DNA of 32,000 bases from Candidatus Heimdallarchaeota archaeon (lineage in GTDB: Archaea > Asgardarchaeota > Heimdallarchaeia > Heimdallarchaeales > Kariarchaeaceae): the NCBI GenBank assembly GCA_030149205.1, contig JASBSB010000001.1:900001-932000 (forward strand). Reading direction: 5' to 3'. The translations under genes were made by a program, and so were the position numbers. The notes under the pieces are model-generated. The model searched no databases and was not told the DNA's origin. It saw only the letters and a program-made list of their open reading frames with translations. Of the stretch, positions 18,160-27,433 are shown piece after piece (positions within the stretch are counted from its first letter, which is position 1; every line of letters begins with the position of its first letter).

Positions 18160-18535
18160 TTAATCACATATGTTACTGCAATCATAATGGATACAACGAT
18201 AGGTACAAGCCCCTGATTAAAATTTTTAGATGACAACTATGAATAAATCGTGGACACTCAAAAAGATGTGATTCTCATCCTATTCCATTCTGAATAAAAA
18301 GCTTGCACCTGAATCTTTTCCCCTCTCCTATTGCCCATCGAAAAAAAACATACTAATCATCTTGCAAATTACGATCATAAGGTCTTATTTGGAAATGATT
18401 TAGAGTTTAACTGTAATCTTCAATTTTTGGGCATAGATATTATGGTGATTTATACAATGAACTGATGATTACGTTGATTAGTTAGCTAATGAAACTTAGC
18501 AGAGGGATTATATTCTCTGGCAAAATACTTACCTT

Positions 18536-18901
18536 GTGAAAGTTGCATATATTATAAACTCACCAAACGCAGCCTGGTATAAGGTTGGAAAAATGATATT
18601 ACCACAGTTGGAAGAAAATCGACATGGAGTTGAGGTAGTAGGTTTATTCTTTTTTGATGACAACACTTGGATGTTAAGAAAGGGAGACCAAGTGGGTGAA
18701 AGACTTGGGAAGATTGCCAGAGATAATGGGATTCTTTTGATGGCTTGTGACCAGTGTGCTAACAGTAGGTCGCTAGCTAAAAAAGTAACAGATAATAAAT
18801 TTGAGGCAGTTGATATGGTAGAGGGTGTAAGAGTCGGGTGCTTCCCTGATCTTTATACCGCTCTCAGCTCGAACATGCCGGATCAAGTTATTACGCTTTA
18901 G
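18536..18901 (+). CDS. DsrE/SaoD-like protein
   Basis: MILPQLE...HGVEVVGLFFFDDN..LRKGD..GERL...LMACDQCA and GCFPDLY match the SaoD/DsrE subfamily as recalled. Confidence 0.8.
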   Translation: MKVAYIINSPNAAWYKVGKMILPQLEENRHGVEVVGLFFFDDNTWMLRKGDQVGERLGKIARDNGILLMACDQCANSRSLAKKVTDNKFEAVDMVEGVRVGCFPDLYTALSSNMPDQVITL

Positions 18902-18959
18902 TACTAGTCTTTTATTTGGTCATTGGAAATTAATGAAAATCTTTTGAACTCATGAATCA

Positions 18960-20300
18960 AAGAAAAAATCTGAGACCTCCTTGGTATTTTATTTTTTTTA
19001 AGCTTTGGTGATGCGATAAGAGAACAAGTATAATTTCAAAATTCCAAAAATGGAGATGGTCAAAATTTGATGGTCAGAAAATGATTAATTATTTTTTCGT
19101 TGACGCAACTTTGAATTGATTCCTGTTTGCTAGTTCAGGACTACTTGAAATTCAGATTCAATTAGTTACGTATTTACATAAAATAGTTTCCCCTAGCACT
19201 ACAAAAATCTCCGCAATGAATTTTTTGATTAAGTTATTTTCTTGGAATAAAATCAGAATCCAATTTGGTGTTGAAAATATAATATATTATTTGCCTAATT
19301 TATTAGTCAAATCAAATATATATTAGGACAAAAATTATTATTTAGATAAAATTTATTTATTAAATAATTCGAAAACATTAGATATATACTTTACAATTAA
19401 AAAAAAAAGTTTTAAGAGATTGTTAATAATTTTGCTTGAAACTGAATTTTAAGTCAAAAATATATAATCATAAATTAGCTGTAAATCTTTAAAATTATAT
19501 TTCAGATATTTTTAAAATATTTTAAAATTTTGACCAAAATTTAAGACTTCAGCCTAAATAAGAAGCAATTAGAAAGGTAATATTTTTATTAGATATTTAT
19601 TATCAGTATAATTGTTTTATTTTTTTATTATTCAATGAAATATTGATAAACCGTTATTCAAAATTATGCTCTATTTTTAAGGTATGCATAATTATAAATT
19701 TTTAAAAAAATTAATAAAAATATATAAATTAATCAAAATTTTGTTTAATTATATTTTTTTTGTAGAAATTCTCAGAAAATATCAATCAGATTTTATCATT
19801 TATTTAAAATGAAACCACAAGCTATTTTAAGCCATCAAATCTAAAGTTTTTAGTGAAGTAAGGTTCTTGCAATGTTTATCAAATACCAAATAATATAACT
19901 ATATATTTTAATTAAATAAATTTTAGTAAATATATTTTTGCCAATATATAACACTAATTTTTTTAATTCATATTTTCATTTTATTAACTATCAAAAGATA
20001 TTTTTAATTTCTAAATAATTAATATCTCAATAATTATCTAAATAAATATATCAATTACTCGGAAATATAAGTATTTCCAGATTTATCTTGTTAGATAACT
20101 AAAAATATTATACATACATTTTAAATAAATAAATCCGCTTCAATTAAGCAATGCTGTCTCAAACATACATATCCATACATACATCGTATTGCAAATTTTG
20201 TCAAACAGGGGCAATGGTAAATCCAAGTATCAAAATTTATCTTAAAATCCAATCATTATTCATAATTTTGCAGATGAAGTTTTAAATCAATTGTCTCTCC
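18960..20300. other. Very AT-rich intergenic region
   Basis: No ORF of 60 aa or more; two sampled 60-nt lines gave 8% (19681) and 18% (19261) GC. Confidence 0.85.
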
Positions 20301-20307
20301 TTCTTCA

Positions 20308-20742
20308 ATGAGTTCTGAGAATCCCCAACCCATTTTAGTCGGATTGTTCATAGTTTCGTTCATTGGTGCACTTGTGGTTTTGATCAGTGATTTTGGAGGA
20401 TATTACTATTACAACGGTTCTGTTCGTGTATGGATCTACCTCTTTTTTCTGAGTGATGTGACTGCTACTTTGCTTATAACAATTCTTTTGATTCCCATGT
20501 TTTATCTTTCATATCTTTCGTTGTCGATTTTAAGGGAGAGGTCACCAATCACAGATGAAATTATGAGGCGGTTCAGGTATACTGCCCTTGCTGGCTTGTT
20601 GGTGACCATGTTTAATCTGATTGTGTTCTTTATAGTGTCCTCCTCCTATAATGATTATTGGTTGGACACAGGTGGGTATGCAGCAATAATAAGCAACATT
20701 TTGACTGTTCTCTTGGTTTGGGTCTTAGGAACCAAAAAGTAA
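20308..20742 (+). CDS. Hypothetical 4-TM membrane protein
   Basis: 144 aa, four hydrophobic segments. Confidence 0.75.
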   Translation: MSSENPQPILVGLFIVSFIGALVVLISDFGGYYYYNGSVRVWIYLFFLSDVTATLLITILLIPMFYLSYLSLSILRERSPITDEIMRRFRYTALAGLLVTMFNLIVFFIVSSSYNDYWLDTGGYAAIISNILTVLLVWVLGTKK

Positions 20743-21641
20743 GCCTCTCCATTGTGAATGAATCTTTTGTACTAAATCAGCTCTCTGATATTCTGTGAAG
20801 GATGTCCTTGATAACAACCTCAGATCATCACCTTGTATGGCATCATCAGTTGGGATTCTTAGAGGGGAATTGTAAATATCGCGATATCAATAAATGAATC
20901 TCATAATGCTATCTGATCAGAGTACTGATCATAGTAAACATTAATGGTTTTGGTTTGCAAGACATGGATAGTAACCGCTGGGTTGTCATACTAAACCCTG
21001 GGTGGTGAAAGGAGGTCTTCCTTGTTGCTAGATCACCATAATACTTTCGCTGTTATGTAATTTCCTTAAAAAAAATTGCACCGGAGAGATTCAGCATAAT
21101 ACTTTTTCACACAAACCCACATTTATTGCTTTATCAAGGGTTGAAATTCAAAAATATGAGAATTTCCTGAATGGTTTCTTGCAATTTCTACAGGGAAAAA
21201 CCCACTGGAATACTTTCGGTTACCTCTCTCAAAACTGGCTTAATGAGCAAAGGATGTTCAAAATTTTACAGAATTTTCAAGCAAATGACCACATAATTTA
21301 AAAATATTGGAATAATTTAAGAACTGAAATACCTCAGATTTACGGTTGATTTTCCCCTGTACAAATTTTTTTGTTAATCAAAGAAAGGCTGAGATACCAA
21401 TATTTTGTAGATAAGAAATCAAGCACCTGTATTAAACAAATGTACAATTTTTAGACATTTCACATTACCTCTTTGTTATTTTAGAGATAAACCTGTTGAG
21501 AGGAACTAGTATCACAAATTTATAGTTCGAGGAATGAAAGTTCACTTGTGTTTTAATTTAAATTTGAGAGCCTGATTAGCAATAGTTGTATTACACAATT
21601 CGATATAAATGGATTTATTAAACAATTAATCATTACCATAT

Positions 21642-23114
21642 TTGAGGTTATTGAAAGAGGAGATATTCTCAGAAGACCTGAGAGTGCTTAAAGAGTTAGA
21701 AAAACTGTATGGTCAGAAGTCTGAGCAGAGTTGGAAAGGAAAGAGGGGACTTGAATATAATCTTCTTTTAGGGAGGGTCACTAAGCTTAGGATTCAAGGC
21801 GCTGATCCTGTAAGAACCTTTGAGAATTTTCTCTTCATCCCCATCACCATTTTGCTTGGCTTTATTTTTTCGATCGTAGACCCGAATATCCTTGTTTCAA
21901 TTGGAAACCTTATATTTTACGTGTACATTTTCCTCACCGTTGGACAGCGATCAGAATTGGCGTTTCGTGACGGGGTAGTTTTCCTTGTGTTATTGTTTCT
22001 GATCCTTTTTGACAGAAGAATTGAAAAAACGTTACAGAAAGGATTTTGCGTCATTTTAAGATTTTTAAATATCTTCAGTCGTACACCTCTTCTTGGTGGG
22101 GGAATTTCTTTTATAGTTAATTTTTTTATGAGAAGAAACTGTGTGCACAGGTTGAGGTCTATTCCAGAGTCTATAGGAAAGTTAACTGAGTTGCAAGTTT
22201 TGGAACTTACTGACAATGATTTAGAGACTCTCCCCTTGGGCATCGGAAGCCTGATTAAGCTTAGAGAGCTTCTGCTACCTAACAACAACATTGAATATCT
22301 TCCAGCAGAAATTTGTGAGCTTAAAAATTTAGAGGTGTTGAATCTTGAATTCAACAATATTGAGAGGTTACCAGATGAAATGGTGAAATTAACAAGGCTG
22401 AGAGACCTGAATATTAGCAATACAAAGCTTAATCATCTCCCAGAGAGTATTGTGAAGATGAAGTCCCTTGAGAAGATCAACATTACGTTTACAGAGTGTA
22501 AACACCTCCCCTCCTCTATCGGGGAATTAGAAAATCTAAAAGAGCTTCAGGTGTACAGCACGATGATTGAAAAGATTCCTGAAAGTATTTATGATTTGGT
22601 AAATTTAAGGGTGTTAGAGATTGAGTCTAATTTTCAGCCTTGTGATCTATCAGATCGAATAGGAGACTTAAAAAATCTAAAAGTGCTTTCTTGGTGTTCC
22701 GAAAGTGAGAGCATTCCAGAAGCTATTGGGAAACTTTCAAATCTCGAGGTTCTAGATTTACCAGCAAACACATTTAACTCATTACCAGAAAGTGTGGGAC
22801 ATCTGAGTAAACTGAGAGAACTTGAACTAACATATAACCATCTCCACGCACTTCCAACATCGCTGGGTCAGCTCCAAAACCTAAAACGTCTGTCCGCGGC
22901 GTCAAATGAGCTCATAACCCTTCCCAACTCACTTGGTAATTTAAGATCCCTTGAAAGATTAGATGTGTCTGAAAATAGACTTGAAACTCTACCGGAGGAG
23001 TTATTGCGTCTTCCTAAGTTGAGGTGGGTTGATGCAAGCAAAAATCCACTAGATTTCTCTGGTAAGGATATATTGAAAAAATTAAAAGCAAAGGGAGTCA
23101 CTGTGATCAAATGA
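21642..23114 (+). CDS. Leucine-rich repeat protein with a membrane-spanning insert
   Basis: About 13 23-residue LRRs (L..LP.SIG.L..L..L.L..N) from residue 171; hydrophobic segment at residues ~54-170. Confidence 0.9.
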   Translation: MRLLKEEIFSEDLRVLKELEKLYGQKSEQSWKGKRGLEYNLLLGRVTKLRIQGADPVRTFENFLFIPITILLGFIFSIVDPNILVSIGNLIFYVYIFLTVGQRSELAFRDGVVFLVLLFLILFDRRIEKTLQKGFCVILRFLNIFSRTPLLGGGISFIVNFFMRRNCVHRLRSIPESIGKLTELQVLELTDNDLETLPLGIGSLIKLRELLLPNNNIEYLPAEICELKNLEVLNLEFNNIERLPDEMVKLTRLRDLNISNTKLNHLPESIVKMKSLEKINITFTECKHLPSSIGELENLKELQVYSTMIEKIPESIYDLVNLRVLEIESNFQPCDLSDRIGDLKNLKVLSWCSESESIPEAIGKLSNLEVLDLPANTFNSLPESVGHLSKLRELELTYNHLHALPTSLGQLQNLKRLSAASNELITLPNSLGNLRSLERLDVSENRLETLPEELLRLPKLRWVDASKNPLDFSGKDILKKLKAKGVTVIK

Positions 23115-23475
23115 ATGAGTTATGAGACTACTCAACATTTCAGGTTACGTACCCTCCTTTGATTGTATTTCTGTTGATTGTGCCCTTCAAGGGTAGGAGA
23201 AGGGATGTGAAGGGTAGATGAAATATCTCCGGTCAGTATATTTAGTTGATCTTTATAAAGCAACATCAAAAAATTTTGTGGTTATGTGGAATTCCTTTTA
23301 TGTTGGGACATCAGTTTTTATACTTTGGAATCCCTACGTAATTAGATACCTTTGAGAATAGGTTCATTTTTCTCACATGGAGGTAATGTGAATTCCTAAG
23401 AACTCTGAAAATTTCGACACGATTTATCTCTCATTTATATATCGGTGGTTAATCATTGGGTTATCCACCATTATC

Positions 23476-24387
23476 TTGGTTTTTTTTTCAGAGAAGATGT
23501 ATTGGTACATCCAAGGATACGAGTATTCAGGACTTGTGATTTTGTATCTTCCGGGTACATTTATCTTCTTATGGGTGATTAAATATTTTAACATCCGTGA
23601 CTTCTGGCCCCTGGTTTTAGCTTCCAGTCTCTACACAATTTTTATTGAGTCTATGCTTTCTGGGGCAATTATGAGGGATTTTTGGTCAATCTTTTACTCT
23701 TTGGGCTGGCATTCCGCGCTTGCTGTGATGGTGGGTTGGTTTTATCATCAGCACGAGCTGCGCACTGGTAATCTGAGAAGGTTAGCCCTTACCTCATCCC
23801 TGCTTGGCTTTGTCTTGGGTCTTTGGGCAACCGTATTCTGGTTACCAGAGTTTGGACCATCCTCAGTGCTTAATACTCCTCCCTTCACCCCTGGTCAGTG
23901 GTCTGTGGTCGATTATGCTTTGCTCCTCTCTTATCTTGGTGTGATTTATGTTCTCAGTCAGTACCTGCTTGGGAAGTTCTGGGATGCTGAGTTTCATCCA
24001 TCTCGATTGGAATCTGGAGCTGTCTTGGCATTTCTAATATACTTAATGGCTAGGCAGTTTTATCACTTCGTTTTAAGCGTGATGATTCCTTTGGGAGTAT
24101 ATGCTGTGGTGCTTGCCGGTCTTTATTACTACTCTGATAATCGGAAAGATGAGTCAAACTACTTCACTGAGTTTGCAACATCCTCTGTGAGATTCATTGA
24201 CACCTTAGTCCTGTTATTGATCCCACTGTTTGCAGTCCTTGCCTATTCCTTGATGTATCTGCTCAATCCGAGTCATCTCTTCATTAGATTGTATATTTAC
24301 AATGTGTTCCGGTCTGTCCAGTTTGTCATAGGGTTAGTGTTCTTTTTCTATCCATTCTGGTGGATATTTCGCTATCAGAAGATGTAA
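23476..24387 (+). CDS. Hypothetical polytopic membrane protein
   Basis: 303 aa, ~8-9 hydrophobic segments; TTG start uncertain. Confidence 0.75.
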   Translation: MVFFSEKMYWYIQGYEYSGLVILYLPGTFIFLWVIKYFNIRDFWPLVLASSLYTIFIESMLSGAIMRDFWSIFYSLGWHSALAVMVGWFYHQHELRTGNLRRLALTSSLLGFVLGLWATVFWLPEFGPSSVLNTPPFTPGQWSVVDYALLLSYLGVIYVLSQYLLGKFWDAEFHPSRLESGAVLAFLIYLMARQFYHFVLSVMIPLGVYAVVLAGLYYYSDNRKDESNYFTEFATSSVRFIDTLVLLLIPLFAVLAYSLMYLLNPSHLFIRLYIYNVFRSVQFVIGLVFFFYPFWWIFRYQKM

Positions 24388-24486
24388 GTGAACTTAATTA
24401 GCGTTATCAAACTTTATGGAGATTAAGGTGGATTTAGTGTTTTCGACCAGACCCACACAGGCTTATAGACAGCTCTTATTCCTGGG

Positions 24487-25269
24487 TTACTTTCCGCGGG
24501 ACTTTTGAAAGTTTAGGACACGATCCTTGACATCCGAACCAGTTATGAGCCTCATCTGAGCCTCCTTTTCATAGTTTAAGTTTTGTTCCAACTCACTGTT
24601 ATAGATCTTTTCAATGGTTCTCTTAGCAGCAGTTAATGCCAGGGGGGAGCTCTGTAGGAGCTTTTGCAGGATGTTCTGGATCTCCTTGTCAACAGCGACT
24701 GGGTCTAGCAACCAATCGATGAGACCCATGTGATAAGCCTCCTGAGCAGAGATAATGTCAGCCAGATAGATGATTCGTTTTGCGCTGCTTGGTCCAACTC
24801 GTTGAACAAGTCTGGTTGTTCCGCCCAGATCTGGGATGATGCCGAGCTTTGTCTCAAACATTCCGAAGCTGGTCATCTTATCTGAGACGATCAGATCGCA
24901 GGCGAGTGCCACCTCGAGTGCAGATCCATAGCAGTACCCCTGCACTAATGCGATGACAGGCTTTGGGCATTTTTCAATGCTGGTGATTGCCTCCTGAAAG
25001 CTCTTCAGGGTTTTTTCTATCTCATCCTCCTGACTTGTCAATGCAATTTTTCCCAGCTCTTCCAGGTCGATTCCTGAGGAGAAGAATGCCTCCTTGTCAT
25101 CTCTGTACCCTGTGAGCAGAATGGCATCTGCCTCTATGGGAGAGCTGAAAATCTCCTTCAACTCTTTGAACACCAGTGAGTTGAGTGCGTTCTTTTTGTT
25201 TGGTCTGTTCATCTGTACCTTTGCCACCCTGTTTTGGATCTCAATCTTGAATACATCCATAAATATCAT
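24487..25269 (-). CDS. Enoyl-CoA hydratase/isomerase (crotonase) family protein
   Basis: MNRPNKKNALN, FSSGIDL, KPVIALVQGYCYGSALEVALACD, ETKLGIIPDLGG. Confidence 0.93.
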   Translation of the reverse strand: MIFMDVFKIEIQNRVAKVQMNRPNKKNALNSLVFKELKEIFSSPIEADAILLTGYRDDKEAFFSSGIDLEELGKIALTSQEDEIEKTLKSFQEAITSIEKCPKPVIALVQGYCYGSALEVALACDLIVSDKMTSFGMFETKLGIIPDLGGTTRLVQRVGPSSAKRIIYLADIISAQEAYHMGLIDWLLDPVAVDKEIQNILQKLLQSSPLALTAAKRTIEKIYNSELEQNLNYEKEAQMRLITGSDVKDRVLNFQKSRGK

Positions 25270-25301
25270 AGAGTAGGGCTCTACTTAGCTTTTTTGTTTA
25301 C

Positions 25302-26519
25302 TCATGAATCAAGGAAATAGAGAGTTTCACCTTCCAAAATATGCTTTGTACCCTCAAGTTGTCTGTGAATTTTCTTTTCAATTTGGAAACCTGCTTCTTT
25401 CATGATCTCCGAGGTTTTACATCTCAGATTATAGGTTTTGTCCTGTCTTGAATTAAATCCTATGATCATCACGAGCTTCCCATTTGTCTTCAGGATCCTT
25501 TTATATTCTGCAAGGACTATTTTAAGGTCATTGAGGTAATTGTGTATGCGATCTGATTCTGTGCTTCCTCTGAGTCCCATGACCTCAGTATAGAGTTTAT
25601 TTGGATCGTTGACAAATAGTTTTAGTATTTCGTAATCATTTTTCACATAATCAATCATATCAGTATACGGTGGTGAGGTGATGATCACATCAACTGATCT
25701 TGAGGGAAGTGGGATTTTTTTTGCACTGCCCTCCGGTAATACTTTGACACTTCCAATCCTCTGTTTGTTTAGGAAATTGAGAAATGGTGTAATATGAGTC
25801 ACATATTTCTTCAATACTCTTTTGTAAGCTTTAATCAGAGACAGTGATCTGTTTCTAGATGTGTATCCAACTGCATCTAAATAAGCCAGAAAGGCAAGAT
25901 TTGACACTTCTGGTCTTTGATTCAAGTAATCCACTGCTTTAACAGACCTGATACTGGAGAATACATTGCAGTAGTTTTCAGTATCGATTATCAATCCTTT
26001 CAGTTCTTCTGCACTGATGGAGAAAATTTCTGATTTCACCTGTGTCATGAACCTGCAGAAAGGGCTAACATCAAGGGCAATGGAGTCTATCCCTAGGAGC
26101 GCTGCTTCTATGTTGGTTGTCCCACTTCCACACATGGGGTCTAAAACCGTCATCTCTTTTGTGACAGGAATTGAGTTGAGAATGCCTCTGATAAGCTGAG
26201 GATGGAATTTTCCCTTATATGGAAAAATACCATGACTTGCATAACGAATCGCATATCTGTACTTTCTCTGGTACTCTTGTTGCTTTGCGCTTCCAAAAAA
26301 ATTTGTGTTTGTAGTGTTACACATCTTGTAATGGTCAGTTTGGGTGTTTCCGATGGTTTTGAAATAACCTGCCCTTGTTAACAGCTCCGTCTGTGAAAGT
26401 GAATTATATTCAAGGTACGCAAGATGGAAATCAGATTCTTGTGTGATGTTTGGGATCAGTTGATCTGAGACGGGGAGTAACTGTTCTAACTTGTGCTTGT
26501 ATGTCGTCTCAGGTATCAC
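25302..26519 (-). CDS. Amino-DNA methyltransferase (probably N4-cytosine, alpha-type motif order)
   Basis: HGIFPYKGKFHPQL, motif I LDPMCGSGTT, catalytic TSPPY near the C-terminus. Confidence 0.85.
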   Translation of the reverse strand: MIPETTYKHKLEQLLPVSDQLIPNITQESDFHLAYLEYNSLSQTELLTRAGYFKTIGNTQTDHYKMCNTTNTNFFGSAKQQEYQRKYRYAIRYASHGIFPYKGKFHPQLIRGILNSIPVTKEMTVLDPMCGSGTTNIEAALLGIDSIALDVSPFCRFMTQVKSEIFSISAEELKGLIIDTENYCNVFSSIRSVKAVDYLNQRPEVSNLAFLAYLDAVGYTSRNRSLSLIKAYKRVLKKYVTHITPFLNFLNKQRIGSVKVLPEGSAKKIPLPSRSVDVIITSPPYTDMIDYVKNDYEILKLFVNDPNKLYTEVMGLRGSTESDRIHNYLNDLKIVLAEYKRILKTNGKLVMIIGFNSRQDKTYNLRCKTSEIMKEAGFQIEKKIHRQLEGTKHILEGETLYFLDS

Positions 26520-26622
26520 AAAATGGATATCACTCAGAGTATTTCAACCTCTGAATTGTAGTCCACAGATTGATGTTTTCCACAGATTTATGTTTATATA
26601 CTCACTTCACAAAGAGCCATTA

Positions 26623-27432
26623 GTGACTATCTTGGATCCTGTGGTTCGCAACAACATTAAGATTTACATCAATGCGACTATAGACACTGCTCTCAACAAG
26701 TATGACAGGTCAATTATCACTGACCTCATGATAAAAGACACCCTGTTAAATCCGGAGAGAGGGATGTATAAACCCTTCCACCAGGCTTTGATTCCGACTG
26801 AGCTATTTAGATTTCAGGGTTTTTTTCGGTCCCTTGAGACTTCAATTGGGGCAGGGATATTTGAGTTTATGGCAAAGGAGATATCTTTGATGAACAAAGC
26901 CAAATGGTTGGAGGTCAAGAAATCAAGATTCTCAGTTACAAATGATAGGAGAGTTACTGGATTTATAGATGAATACATTGAATCCTTAGAATCACAGAAA
27001 AAGAAAGGTCAGGTTGATTATTCCCTCCCTGAATTTCCAGTTGGAAGTTCTTCTGAGACAGTTCATCAACAGGTAGATCTTTATCTTAAGAACAGTATGG
27101 GAGAGGAGTATTTCATCGAGATCAAATCACCCAAGCCTAATAAGGACCAATGTAAAGCGACAGTTCGGAAGTTGTTAAAGTTTAAAGCAACCTATCCTTC
27201 CTGCAAAATAATCTATGGATTGACCTTTAATCCCTATGGTGAGGAAAGGTCAAAATTTAAGAACAGTTATATCCCGTATTATTTTGATATAAATGACTCT
27301 GAGACCCTGAAGATTGGGAGTGAGTTTTGGGATTTTTTGGGAGGAGATGGTGTATACCAAGAGCTTCTTGAGGTGTTCAGCGAAATTATGGTTGATCGCA
27401 AGGATGAGATCAAGCAAAAACTCATGGGATGA
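26623..27432 (+). CDS. TdeIII/MjaII-like type II restriction endonuclease
   Basis: KPFHQAL, RSLETSIG, VDLYL...IEIKSPKPNK (PD-(D/E)XK), YNP-like FNPYGE. Start uncertain; GTG near 26623 preferred over 26491, which overlaps the divergent methyltransferase. Confidence 0.8.
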   Translation: MTILDPVVRNNIKIYINATIDTALNKYDRSIITDLMIKDTLLNPERGMYKPFHQALIPTELFRFQGFFRSLETSIGAGIFEFMAKEISLMNKAKWLEVKKSRFSVTNDRRVTGFIDEYIESLESQKKKGQVDYSLPEFPVGSSSETVHQQVDLYLKNSMGEEYFIEIKSPKPNKDQCKATVRKLLKFKATYPSCKIIYGLTFNPYGEERSKFKNSYIPYYFDINDSETLKIGSEFWDFLGGDGVYQELLEVFSEIMVDRKDEIKQKLMG

Positions 27433-27433
27433 G

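Noticed and set aside
1250-18250. Insertion sequence or provirus as the explanation for the repeats
   Set aside because: No transposase, integrase, terminal inverted repeats or viral genes were recognised; the repeats are paralogous cassette parts.
20760-21640. Possible pseudogene in the 0.9-kb gap
   Set aside because: The minus-strand frame I translated has several stops and no recognisable similarity.
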